Below, in pieces: positions 29,223 through 38,815 of a stretch of DNA of 64,000 nucleotides. Source of the stretch: an archaeon (GTDB taxonomy: Archaea > Asgardarchaeota > Thorarchaeia > Thorarchaeales > Thorarchaeaceae); assembly GCA_024276825.1 (NCBI GenBank), contig JAJRWI010000004.1:6506-70505 (forward strand), written 5' to 3'. How positions within the stretch are numbered: position 1 is the stretch's first letter; every line of letters begins with the position of its first letter. The position numbers and the translations under genes are program-made. A model generated the notes under the pieces. That model was given only the letters and a program-made list of their open reading frames with translations. It made no database searches and was not told the origin of the DNA.

Positions 29223-30347
29223 ATGACCTCGCAGCAGTATCCGACCCGAAGAAACCCAAAGTTCCTGATTGCAGGCGTTGTAGTCGTTTCTGTAATAGTC
29301 ATAGCATCAATAGCAATCATTACAGCTCCCCGTCCTAAATTCATTGTCTATACTTACGACTCATTCATGGTCTGGGGAGATGATCCAGACACCATCGATG
29401 AGCGGGCGTTTGGTGCCTTTGAGAAACAATTCGGTGTGGATGTCGAGATAGTGCGTCTAAACCTAGATGCAAATGGGATTGTGGCAAGACTGAAAGCTGA
29501 GTCTGCAAATCCAGTGGCCGATGTTGTGATAGGCATCGATAACATTCTTATTTTGCAAGAGGGTGTCAAGGATGTTTTGGAGCCTTATACTCCGGAAAAC
29601 ATCAGCTTTGTGAACTCTGACCTCATTAATGCTCTCGACCCCGAACATTACATTGTGCCCTTTGATTATGGTCTTGTGACAGTAATCTATTCAACAGAAC
29701 TCATCAACACTACAACTCATCCCGAGCTTGCAGAACTCACATTCACCGACCTTGCAACTCCCGACCTTGCATCAAGTTTCGTCACTGAAAATCCCCAGTT
29801 CAGTAGTCCAGGTCTTGCATTTCTGCTCACTCAAATTGCAGTATATGAGAAGCTGATGGGCGAAGACTGGAAACAATGGTGGCAGTCAGTAAAGGAGTAC
29901 ATTGACGTACAACCAGGCTGGTCTGAGGCATGGGCGAAATGGGACTCGGACCCAACCATATCAATGATGGTGAGTTATGGCACTGATCCCGCATATTCTG
30001 CATGGGCATCTGGAACGGCTCCCACAACTGCAATTGCTCCCATACATCATAGCGGCACAACATATGCATGGGTGCAGGTTGAAGGGATAGGTCTTGTGAA
30101 GAACGGGCCCAACCCCGATCTTGCAAAAGCATTCATTGACTACTGTCTATCAGATACCGTGCAAGAACTCATCCCATTGAACCAGTGGATGTTTCCTGCA
30201 AGCAGTCATGCCACGCTCCCTGCAGTATATGACTATGCCATTCATCCCAATGAGGTTTCGTTGCTCAACAACATTTTAACTAGGACGGAGATCGAGCAGA
30301 ACCTGACTGCTTGGCTTGATGACTGGGCAGCAATAATGACAGGGTGA
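29223..30347 (+). CDS. ABC transporter substrate-binding protein (ThiB/AfuA-like, thiamine or iron(III) class), membrane-anchored
   Basis: N-terminal TM anchor followed by a family-1 solute-binding pattern (FIVYTYDSF..., DVVIGIDN, YGLVTVIY). The thiamine substrate is inferred only from ThiR adjacency. ATG 29223 is preferred over the track start 29172. Confidence 0.65.
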   Translation: MTSQQYPTRRNPKFLIAGVVVVSVIVIASIAIITAPRPKFIVYTYDSFMVWGDDPDTIDERAFGAFEKQFGVDVEIVRLNLDANGIVARLKAESANPVADVVIGIDNILILQEGVKDVLEPYTPENISFVNSDLINALDPEHYIVPFDYGLVTVIYSTELINTTTHPELAELTFTDLATPDLASSFVTENPQFSSPGLAFLLTQIAVYEKLMGEDWKQWWQSVKEYIDVQPGWSEAWAKWDSDPTISMMVSYGTDPAYSAWASGTAPTTAIAPIHHSGTTYAWVQVEGIGLVKNGPNPDLAKAFIDYCLSDTVQELIPLNQWMFPASSHATLPAVYDYAIHPNEVSLLNNILTRTEIEQNLTAWLDDWAAIMTG

Positions 30348-30357
30348 TGGCCTCAAG

Positions 30358-32010
30358 ATGAAGATTCTTCGAGGGAGAGACCCTTTCTCCCTCACATCTC
30401 TATTTCCAGTTGCTATCCTCATCATATTTGTTGTTCTTCCTGTTTCATATGTCATCATAATCGGAATCATGGATGATCCAGTAGGGGCATTTATCACAAC
30501 CCTCTCATCACCAGTGACTCAGAGAACCATAATCTTCACAGTTCTGCAGGCCCTTGCAAGCACCCTCTTGGCAGTCATCCTTGGGCTTCCTGGTGCATTC
30601 CTGCTAACCCGCCTTGAATTCAGGGGCAAATCCCTTGTCCGAGCATTGATTCTGGTACCGTTTGTTTTACCCCCAATCGTTGTTGTTGTGGGATTCCTGA
30701 GGATGTTCGGTCGAGGTGGAATCATCGACTCATTCCTCATGCTTCTAGCAGGCTCTGGTCAGTCGGTGATTGATCTCTCATCTGGTATATTTGGAATAGT
30801 CCTAGCTCATACTTTCTATAACATCCCCTTGATCATACTACTGGTGTCAGCATCACTCATAAGGCTCAATCCCGAGGTGGAGGAGAGTGCTGAGATTCTG
30901 GGGGTGTCCAACTGGCAAAAGTTCAGACATATTATATTCCCACATATTCGGCGATCACTCTTTGCTGCCAGTATTCTTGTATTTCTGTTTTGCTTCATGT
31001 CATTTCCCATAGTCCTTGCTCTTGGACAGAGTCGGCTGATGACAATCGAGGTGCAGATATTTCATGCATTCAGAGAATTGGACTATGCAGGAGCAAGCAC
31101 TCTGGCCCTCATGCAGCTATTGGTCACTCTCTCACTAGCATACATCTACATTAAGGCTGGATCATCAGACAACGAGTATATGGGTTCAACATCTGAGATT
31201 AAGACGCTCTCATTTCAAAAAATGCCAATGAGATACAAAGTGACCTCAATCGTATACTCATTACTGATAATAGTGTTGGTAACAGGTCCATTCATTGCAA
31301 TTATAGAGTCCTCAATATACGACCCCTATGTTGGGGAGTTCACCTTACGAGGGTTTGCAAACCTGTTGAGCACAGGCATTGGCGGAGGGCTCCTGCCCTT
31401 GATGAACTCTCTAATGTACTCGACTCTTGCAACATTATTGACCTTATTTCTTGCAATTCCACTAGCTTACTCTCATCGTTCCAAGACATACGGTGTATCA
31501 TCTACCCTATCCTCATTGACGCTGCTTCCGTTGGGAATATCTTCCATCACTCTTGCTTATGGCCTTATGATCGCCATCACCGTGCCACTGGGTCTCACAA
31601 CTTACCCTTGGCCAATAATTGTAATCGCACAGACCATTATAGGGCTACCATTTGCAGTCAGGGCAATCGAGGTCTCTCTGCAAAATATAGACCCGGAGAT
31701 TTTGGACCAGGCCACAGTTCTCGGGGCAAGTCGATTTCAACGCCTGTTCTTTGTAGAGCTCCCCTTGGTTGCTCCCGGTATGCTTGTTGGGGCGGTTTTT
31801 GCATTTGCCATGGCGATTGGTGAGATGTCAGCCACATTGTTCATTGCGTTGCCGCAAAACATCACACTATCTATAGCTATATATCAATATTTAGGAGTAA
31901 GAAAGTTTGTGGAAGCTGGAGCGAGTGCCTTTGTGATTGCTATGGTCTGCTTCTTTGCATTTTTAATCCTTGAACGCTATTCTGATGTCACAGCAGGAGG
32001 AAGTCCATAA
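30358..32010 (+). CDS. ABC transporter permease, duplicated (two-module ThiP/FbpB-like)
   Basis: 550 aa with about 12 TM helices and two EAA-like loops (EESAEILGVSNWQKFRHIIFP and DQATVLGASRFQRLFFVELP). Confidence 0.8.
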   Translation: MKILRGRDPFSLTSLFPVAILIIFVVLPVSYVIIIGIMDDPVGAFITTLSSPVTQRTIIFTVLQALASTLLAVILGLPGAFLLTRLEFRGKSLVRALILVPFVLPPIVVVVGFLRMFGRGGIIDSFLMLLAGSGQSVIDLSSGIFGIVLAHTFYNIPLIILLVSASLIRLNPEVEESAEILGVSNWQKFRHIIFPHIRRSLFAASILVFLFCFMSFPIVLALGQSRLMTIEVQIFHAFRELDYAGASTLALMQLLVTLSLAYIYIKAGSSDNEYMGSTSEIKTLSFQKMPMRYKVTSIVYSLLIIVLVTGPFIAIIESSIYDPYVGEFTLRGFANLLSTGIGGGLLPLMNSLMYSTLATLLTLFLAIPLAYSHRSKTYGVSSTLSSLTLLPLGISSITLAYGLMIAITVPLGLTTYPWPIIVIAQTIIGLPFAVRAIEVSLQNIDPEILDQATVLGASRFQRLFFVELPLVAPGMLVGAVFAFAMAIGEMSATLFIALPQNITLSIAIYQYLGVRKFVEAGASAFVIAMVCFFAFLILERYSDVTAGGSP

Positions 32011-33068
32011 TGGTACAGGTTGAACTAAGATCACTGACTCGTGTCTTCAAAGATGGCACGCGCATCGGACCCATTGATCTGACTGTTAAGGATGGCGAAT
32101 TCATAACCCTGCTCGGACCCAGTGGGTCAGGCAAGACCACAACACTTCGTCTTGTTGCGGGGTTCATTGAACCTGATGAGGGGAGTCTTCTGTTTGATGG
32201 TGTGGATGTTATCAATGTCCCTCCCAATGAGCGACAGATTGGCATGGTCTTTCAATCGATAGCCCTGTTTCCGCATATGACTGTCTATCAGAACATAGCA
32301 TTTGGTCCTGAAATGGCTGGATGGACCCGTGAAGAGACAATCAATCGTGTTGAAGAATTGGCAGACCTACTTGGCATCAGGAGTCTTCTATTCAGACGAG
32401 TTAATGAGATCAGTGGGGGCGAAGGACAGCGCGTTGCCCTTGCGAGAGCTCTGGCCCTGAAACCAAAACTGCTTCTTCTTGACGAACCTCTGTCTGCTCT
32501 CGACCAACAATTGCGCGAGCGACTTCAAGGCGAAATAAGAAAGATTCAGAGCAGATTGAAGATAACGACCATATATGTGACCCACAGTCAGGATGAAGCA
32601 TTTGCAATCTCTGATCGGGTCGCAATATTGAACAATGGGATTGTTGAACAAGTTGGAACACCAAAGGAATTATACTCTTCACCTAGGAATGAGTTTGTTG
32701 CAAGATTTCTGGGTGGTAATGTGTTTGAAGGAACTGTCGAGAGTTCCGAGTCTAACATCTCAACAGTAAGAATCAATGGTTATTCCTTCAGAGTACACGA
32801 ACCCCTGCAGACTGGCTCTAAAATACTGTTCTCAGTTCGGCCTGAAGAGGTCAGGATTCACTATGATGATGCTGTGTCATATCCCTCTGCGGAACTCATC
32901 TCAATAACACCGCAAATTGGTATGGCCAAGGCTTCGTTGGACTTCAACGGCCAGATTATTACTGTAGCAGTGTTTGATCTTAATCTAGTCGAACGATTGA
33001 AACCTCTAATTGGCAATCATGTGGGTTTCTCCTTTGGCGAAAACTCCATTCATCCATTGAATAAATAG
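32010..33068 (+). CDS. ABC transporter ATP-binding protein
   Basis: Walker A GPSGSGKTT, signature ISGGEGQRVALAR, Walker B LLLLDEP. Its ATG overlaps the stop of the permease gene (TAATG). Confidence 0.9.
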   Translation: MVQVELRSLTRVFKDGTRIGPIDLTVKDGEFITLLGPSGSGKTTTLRLVAGFIEPDEGSLLFDGVDVINVPPNERQIGMVFQSIALFPHMTVYQNIAFGPEMAGWTREETINRVEELADLLGIRSLLFRRVNEISGGEGQRVALARALALKPKLLLLDEPLSALDQQLRERLQGEIRKIQSRLKITTIYVTHSQDEAFAISDRVAILNNGIVEQVGTPKELYSSPRNEFVARFLGGNVFEGTVESSESNISTVRINGYSFRVHEPLQTGSKILFSVRPEEVRIHYDDAVSYPSAELISITPQIGMAKASLDFNGQIITVAVFDLNLVERLKPLIGNHVGFSFGENSIHPLNK

Positions 33069-33363
33069 ATAAACTTTCTAATTGACTAGAAAATATGTTA
33101 GCCAAGATAACATAAGAAACTTAATTACTGCTGCTTTTCAGTATGTCCTAATGTTGACCCGTGCTGAGGGTCTAAAAACTGCTATTCAGAGGATACATAA
33201 TGGTCATTGAGCATACTGATGCAAATGGGCATGAAAACGTACAGCAAACAATATTATATTACAAACTGTTAGATTTGACTGTACAAAACATGCTTTATAG
33301 TGGAAAAATATGCTGCATGGATGATTATGGTCATAGCTGAAAAAACGCAAAGTCGTGATTGTT

Positions 33364-34335
33364 ATGGTAATAGGGTACGAGGTTTCTGAGGATGGTACTG
33401 TCCAAGAAATAGAGGTCACAAAAGAAACTCTGGATCCAAAAAGCGTGATTTGCATTATTGATGAGGTTTCAAAGAGTATCTTTCTTTGGAAGGGGTCTCA
33501 ATCGGGAATACGTAAGAAATTCATTGGAGCACGAGTCGCTACAAACTTGCGGTCCGAACATGGTTTTCATTTCAAAGTGAAACCACTTGACGAAGGTGAG
33601 GAACCTCCTGCCTTCTTCTCAGCATTGGATATGGTTGGGGCAGTTGCTCCCCCACCAAAACCCAAAGCTCACGGTCCTCCCCCAGCTCCTCAAGAATCGG
33701 CCCCAGCTGGAATGCCTGCTGCTTCAGCACCAAAAAAGCCTACTGTACCAACTGAAACTCCTCAAGCACCTCCTCCAACCCCGACCGCACCTCCTCCTAC
33801 AAGACCCACAACTCCACCGCCTAAGCCTCGAACAACCACAACGACCCCTCCCCCTAGACCCCCAACAACAACTACTAGACCGAGTACTACTGCTGCCCCA
33901 ACTAGAGTTTCCGTGGATCAATCAATTATTGATCAAATGATCAGCGAGCTTGAGCAAACAGATCCGCCAGAGGGCTATCAACGGGAACTACTGATAGTAT
34001 ATAATGAACTATACACTGTTGTTGAGCACCGAAAAGTGGTTTTTGGAAGAGAAACCGTTGAACACCGTTTTGAAAAAGTAAAAGACCCGCCCGAGGGAAC
34101 ATTCATGGCAGAGGGCTTTATTCCCCGAGTCATTGTGAAAGACGGAAAGGTCTTGGGTATCGAGCTTCTCAAGGGCACACCCGAAGCCATTTTAAGCCCA
34201 ATAAAAGCAGAAATGAAGGAACGCCTTACTGATCTTATTAGTTTCTTCAAGTCTGAGATTGAGAGTGCTGAGTTAGATGCACCGGCAAAGCCTGCAAGCA
34301 AGAAGAAGAGAAAGAAGAAGCTTGTCGCAAAATAG
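33364..34335 (+). CDS. gelsolin-domain protein with Pro/Thr-rich linker and unassigned C-terminal domain
   Basis: KSVICIIDEVSKSIFLWKGSQSGIRKKFIGARVATNLRSEHGFHFKVKPLDEGEEPPAFFSAL fits the gelsolin-repeat signature. A ~90-aa P/T/A-rich tract follows, then ~130 aa ending in KKKRKKKLVAK. The track start is GTG 33355. Confidence 0.65.
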   Translation: MVIGYEVSEDGTVQEIEVTKETLDPKSVICIIDEVSKSIFLWKGSQSGIRKKFIGARVATNLRSEHGFHFKVKPLDEGEEPPAFFSALDMVGAVAPPPKPKAHGPPPAPQESAPAGMPAASAPKKPTVPTETPQAPPPTPTAPPPTRPTTPPPKPRTTTTTPPPRPPTTTTRPSTTAAPTRVSVDQSIIDQMISELEQTDPPEGYQRELLIVYNELYTVVEHRKVVFGRETVEHRFEKVKDPPEGTFMAEGFIPRVIVKDGKVLGIELLKGTPEAILSPIKAEMKERLTDLISFFKSEIESAELDAPAKPASKKKRKKKLVAK

Positions 34336-34353
34336 ACTAATGGAGAGAATACG

Positions 34354-34743
34354 ATGTCATCACAACTTGATCCAAACAAAGAGAAAGAACTGGTCGAGCT
34401 CCTAATGGGGCTAACGAACTACGCCGATCTGGACGCAATTGCAGTAGTGAGCAAACAGGGTGTTAAGCTTGCATACTTTGCAACAGAAGAGTCCGATGCT
34501 GATCCAGACCTTATGGCTGCTATGAGTGCTGCACTCCTAGTGCAGGGCGAGATGGCTGCAGACAAACTGGAACTCAGTGAGCTTTACGAAGTCATCATTC
34601 GTGGTGCTGATGGCTTTGTTGTACTGTCCCATGCAGGTGACTTTCTCCTCATGGGATCTGCACGGGATCTGCGTTCCATGGGTCTTGCCATAAGCCAAAT
34701 GCGAAAATACGCAAAAGAGATCGGCAAGCTGCTGGGAAAATAG
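34354..34743 (+). CDS. Roadblock/LC7 (MglB-like) domain protein
   Basis: 129 aa. DLDAIAVVSKQGVKLAY...DPDLMAAMSAALL...EVIIRGADGFVVLSHAGDFLLMG is the classic Roadblock pattern. Starts 18 nt after the gelsolin gene. Confidence 0.8.
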   Translation: MSSQLDPNKEKELVELLMGLTNYADLDAIAVVSKQGVKLAYFATEESDADPDLMAAMSAALLVQGEMAADKLELSELYEVIIRGADGFVVLSHAGDFLLMGSARDLRSMGLAISQMRKYAKEIGKLLGK

Positions 34744-34829
34744 GTTTCATCTAAGGCAAAGGCCAGAAATAAAATCTGGCTTTTACAGTAAATATATTTA
34801 GTCGATGGCTTGTTGCTCAAATTGTGAAT

Positions 34830-36035
34830 ATGATGAATCTGGGCATAACCTCTCGGGCATCTAATCTCAAATATGCAATTCGAGACATTGTTGTTGCAGC
34901 CAAGGCCTATGAGCGAAAGAGCGGAGAATCCCCATTGTATCTCAACATTGGGGATCCGATCAAATATGACTGGAAAACTCCTGACTTCATGGTCGACGCA
35001 ATTTGCGAGGCCGCTCGTAAGGGGATCAATGGTTATGCCCCTTCTGAAGGTCTTGATGAACTTCGTCAGGCCGCAGCCGAGAAAGAGAAAAGAGTAAACG
35101 GGATTGATGTTGACCCCTCTCGGATTCTTGTGACCACTGGAGTGTCAGAGGCCATTCAATTTCTTGCTGGAGCACTTGTCACTGATGGTTCTGAATTACT
35201 TGTTCCTGGGCCCTCATACCCCCCATATCTCTCATACATACAATTCTTCGGCGGAAAACCTGTCCCTTACAGGACTGTTGAGGAAAATGATTGGAACCCC
35301 GATGTTGATGATCTTCGTTCGAAAATCAATGAAAAAACAGTTGGCATTGTTGTTATTAATCCAAATAACCCCACAGGCTCCGTTTATAATAGAAGCACGC
35401 TGAAGGCCATAGCTGACCTTGCGGGCGAATACGAATTACCATTAGTGAGTGATGAGATATATGACCAACTCACTTTTGATAAGGATCAGACCCCCATGGT
35501 CAAAGTTGCTAAAGATGTTCCAGTGATTGGCTTCAATGGTGTGAGCAAGGTCTATCTCGCACCCGGCTGGCGTGTGGGCTATGTGTATTTCCATGATGGT
35601 GATGGCGAACTAGAACCTCTGCGAGATGCCATGGTCCGTCAGGCAAGAATCCGGATCTGTTCAAATGCCCCTGCTCAATATGCTTCCGCGGCTGCACTAC
35701 GAAGTGATGGAAGTCACTTGAAGGATGTCATGAAGCGGCTTCGAGAGCGTCGAGACCTCATTTACAGGCGGCTCAATGAGATTCCATCAGTTTCAAGCAG
35801 ACTTCCACAGGCCGCATTCTATATCCTGCCAAAAATTGAATTGAATGGAAGGTGGAAAAACGATACAGAGTTTGTTCTTGATGTATTAAACTCCACTGGC
35901 GTTGTATTTGTTCCCGGTTCTGGATTTGATCCAATTTACGGTGACGGACACTTTAGGAGTGTATTCCTGCCACCTCTAGATATGATTTCCGAGGCTATGG
36001 ACCGTCTTGAGAGCTTCATGAACTCCCATGAATAA
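34830..36035 (+). CDS. class I/II pyridoxal-phosphate aminotransferase (aspartate/alanine type)
   Basis: VINPNNPTGSVY and SKVYLAPGWRVGY (PLP lysine) motifs. Confidence 0.85.
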   Translation: MMNLGITSRASNLKYAIRDIVVAAKAYERKSGESPLYLNIGDPIKYDWKTPDFMVDAICEAARKGINGYAPSEGLDELRQAAAEKEKRVNGIDVDPSRILVTTGVSEAIQFLAGALVTDGSELLVPGPSYPPYLSYIQFFGGKPVPYRTVEENDWNPDVDDLRSKINEKTVGIVVINPNNPTGSVYNRSTLKAIADLAGEYELPLVSDEIYDQLTFDKDQTPMVKVAKDVPVIGFNGVSKVYLAPGWRVGYVYFHDGDGELEPLRDAMVRQARIRICSNAPAQYASAAALRSDGSHLKDVMKRLRERRDLIYRRLNEIPSVSSRLPQAAFYILPKIELNGRWKNDTEFVLDVLNSTGVVFVPGSGFDPIYGDGHFRSVFLPPLDMISEAMDRLESFMNSHE

Positions 36036-36036
36036 C

Positions 36037-37800
36037 CTAGACTGATGACTGCTTCTGATTGAATATGTCAAGCAGCTTTCTTCTTATCTGTTCAAGGCTT
36101 TCCAGTGCAACTCTTATCCTTTCTGGGACCTCTGGAACTGTTCTGTCGGCAAGATAATCAGCTTCTAGAAGTGAAGCAATATATGATTGAATCTTCTTGA
36201 TCTTCTCACGTTCCTCCTCAAGGGCTGTCCTCACCTTGGTTCTTGCAGCAGCCTCAGCAGGATCTTGAGTTGAACTGGCAGTTGGAAGACCGTTATAGAT
36301 CAGCTCAAGATTATAATTGATGTCTGCAATCCTACTTTTGAGTGATGATATTGAATCAAACACCTCTTTCCGTTTTGCATCAAGGTCCATGATTTCTTGT
36401 TTCACAGGTAGTATCTTCTCCCGCAATTCCGACTCGATAGATTCCAGTGTTCCCTTAATACTCTCCTCGAGTTCTTGTAGCAGTTTAATGCCATGCTCCC
36501 TAAGTGCCTTCTCTCTCTTTGCCTTGATCTCTGAAATCATCAAATCATCGCCAAGCAACGAATCAAATGCATCAATGAGTTCATTGACTATTGAAATGCG
36601 AGTTTTTGCTGCTTCAAGGTTCTTGCCGCTTATGTCCTCATTTACTCTCATCAGAGTACTTGTCAATGCATCAATCATCCTGCTCAATGGTTCTTGCTCT
36701 AGTATGGATTGTTCTACGGATGTTCTTAGTAGTCCTATGCGACCGTCAGTCACATCTCTATCATGCTGAAGTTTTTCTGTTTCACGAAAGTCCTTGAGAA
36801 GAATCTTTGCTGGTCCCACTTGCAAGGAGTACTCGGTGTTCAGCTGATCGCGATATGTGCCCTTCAATAACACTGAATACTCCTTTGTCCCTGTGAGTTC
36901 TTGTGATGCCTTTGCCACAATCTCAAGTGTGATTGATTCATCAGGTCCTAAAACTTCAATTGAACGCTTGATATCACCTGCACTAACCACGAGTTCAGGG
37001 TCAAGATGCCATTCAACTGCCAAATCAAATGCGTTTCCATCCCCAATGTTATTCAAAATGGCCTTTATTGTGAATTCATCGGAAAATGTCTTATCCACAG
37101 GTAATTCAATATGACTTGTGATATTTGGAGTTTTGATCTTTCCTCTAAAGATCTCACGAATCATCCCAAGTCCTTTCTCAACATACCTGTAGAATGACTC
37201 CGCATCACGACCGAGAGCGGTCTTCAACTCTGTTGCAACTGAATTCTCAGCTGAACTGAATGAATTAATATCGACATTGACCAGAGCTGCTTCAAACTGC
37301 TGTGGTATCTGACTCAGCCTGACCACATCCGGATACACAATTTTTGCCGAATGATCAGAGACAAACTGCCTGGCCTTTAGAAAGGCAGTGTTATCATCAC
37401 CCACCATGAAATAGATCATACAGGCTGATATTGCAAGGGCAGTGCCGCGTTTGATTTCAGCAGGATCATCCCATATCAGATGCTCCTCGGCGGCATGAAG
37501 AAGGTCTTCTGCTGCCAAAGAATATGCATTAATAGCCTGTGTGGAGTTCCCAATCTCTGAGTACACATCGCCGGCATTACACATTAGCAAAGCGGCCTTC
37601 TTGAAACTCTTGCCCTGTCTATACTCTAGAGCCGAGGTTTCGAAAGCTTGAGCTGCTTCAATCAGCTTCTTCTCAGCCTCATGAAGATTACCCCTTTCTA
37701 GCAGCTGCTCTGCTTCTTTCAAAGATTGATTTCCCGCTGCTTGACGCATGAGATCTCTACGAATCATTTGCAAAAACCGATTTACTCTCTCTTCTGACAC
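36037..37800 (-). CDS. hypothetical protein: N-terminal TPR/SNAP-like helical repeats, central beta-sandwich-like segment, C-terminal coiled coil
   Basis: 587 aa. The N-terminus has A/Y-rich helical pairs (AAQAFETSALEYRQGKSFKKAALLMCNAGDVYSEIGN...). The middle is beta-rich (FTIKAILNNIGDGNAFDLAVEWHL...). The last ~230 aa are heptad-like and E/K/L-rich. GTG start. Confidence 0.5.
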   Translation of the reverse strand: MSEERVNRFLQMIRRDLMRQAAGNQSLKEAEQLLERGNLHEAEKKLIEAAQAFETSALEYRQGKSFKKAALLMCNAGDVYSEIGNSTQAINAYSLAAEDLLHAAEEHLIWDDPAEIKRGTALAISACMIYFMVGDDNTAFLKARQFVSDHSAKIVYPDVVRLSQIPQQFEAALVNVDINSFSSAENSVATELKTALGRDAESFYRYVEKGLGMIREIFRGKIKTPNITSHIELPVDKTFSDEFTIKAILNNIGDGNAFDLAVEWHLDPELVVSAGDIKRSIEVLGPDESITLEIVAKASQELTGTKEYSVLLKGTYRDQLNTEYSLQVGPAKILLKDFRETEKLQHDRDVTDGRIGLLRTSVEQSILEQEPLSRMIDALTSTLMRVNEDISGKNLEAAKTRISIVNELIDAFDSLLGDDLMISEIKAKREKALREHGIKLLQELEESIKGTLESIESELREKILPVKQEIMDLDAKRKEVFDSISSLKSRIADINYNLELIYNGLPTASSTQDPAEAAARTKVRTALEEEREKIKKIQSYIASLLEADYLADRTVPEVPERIRVALESLEQIRRKLLDIFNQKQSSV

Positions 37801-37873
37801 AGGCTACTAACCTCCCTCATCTTATATGTCCAAGACAAAAATGAAGCTTTTCATCCATTGATTGAATACTATC

Positions 37874-38164
37874 TTAATATACCTCACGCGGTGATTGCTT
37901 CAGTCGCTCGGGAAGAGCGCCACCTTGCCCTTCAATTACAAGTTCGAAATCTCTTCCTATTCGTCCGCCTTTCTGAAGCTGAAAGCCTGATTTCTGGATT
38001 GATCTGGCATTTCTTTCTGCGGCTCGTCGCATGATCATACTGACCCCATTGGGAACTGTAAGTATCAGCTTTTTTTGAGCCATATCTATTTTTAGTGTGA
38101 TCTGGGTTGTTGGAGTCCCAGTGCACTCATGAAACTTGCTATCTTTATACTCTAGAATCGTCAT
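37874..38164 (-). CDS. hypothetical small protein
   Basis: MTILEYKDSKFHECTGTPTTQITLKIDMAQKK... No family recognised. ATG 38164 is preferred over TTG 38191. Confidence 0.4.
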   Translation of the reverse strand: MTILEYKDSKFHECTGTPTTQITLKIDMAQKKLILTVPNGVSMIMRRAAERNARSIQKSGFQLQKGGRIGRDFELVIEGQGGALPERLKQSPREVY

Positions 38165-38340
38165 TTTCTTTCCCGTCCTAGATGATGTCAATTATGGATT
38201 ACAACATGTATTATATTAGCGTTTACCAGATGAAATCATCTCACTCAAGCATGACAAAAGCCCTATTTATCATTTTAATGAGCAAACCTTTGCATTCCTG
38301 ATCTAATGGAATTGCCAGAGTAGGTCTTACCTATTATCCA

Positions 38341-38407
38341 TTTTGATTATAAAAGAAATAGCCATGAGTCCTGAGAGTCTTGCCCAGAGAGCTCCTCTCT
38401 AGGACTC
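38341..38407 (-). terminator. 12-bp bulged hairpin followed (minus strand) by a T-rich tract
   Basis: gagtcctgagag (38366-38377) pairs with ctctctaggactc (38395-38407). On the minus strand it is followed by gctatttcttttat. It lies 30 nt downstream of the stop at 38438. Confidence 0.4.
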
Positions 38408-38437
38408 TATGCTCAAATAAGCTCGGTGCCTGGCGTT

Positions 38438-38716
38438 TTAGTCAGGTGGGGGTGGCGGAGGTGGTGTGTCCTCAACCCTTGTGTCAACTGGAGCAGTGAC
38501 TGAATCGCGTTTCTTCTTTGTGTAGAAGAACCCAAGAATAATGAATACCAGCCCAATTATTGCAACGACTCCTCCAATCAAAGTCTGATTCATCATAAAT
38601 GATGGTCCCATATTGACCATGATTGCAAGAATGGACCCCGCTATTACCAACAACACGCCAAGGCATATCAGCCAAGACCGTGCATATTCGCGCCATGTTA
38701 GATATGACATATCCAT
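38438..38716 (-). CDS. small membrane protein with C-terminal poly-proline tail
   Basis: Two TM helices and a terminal PPPPPPPPD. ATG 38716 is preceded by AAGGAG, and the track start TTG 38755 is less likely. Confidence 0.5.
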   Translation of the reverse strand: MDMSYLTWREYARSWLICLGVLLVIAGSILAIMVNMGPSFMMNQTLIGGVVAIIGLVFIILGFFYTKKKRDSVTAPVDTRVEDTPPPPPPPD

Positions 38717-38815
38717 AAGTCTCCTTTTCGAGGTTTTTATTCCTCGTCTAAACAAATTCTATTCAGTAAGATTGATTTAAGCATATCTACGAACAATAAT
38801 GCCGGTGATAGATTA

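Noticed and set aside
33587-33940. Alternative-frame ORFs (33587..33940 +, 33724..33921 -) inside the gelsolin-linker region
   Set aside because: They arise from the Pro/Thr-rich low-complexity repeat, which is open in several frames. The main frame is supported by flanking structured domains.
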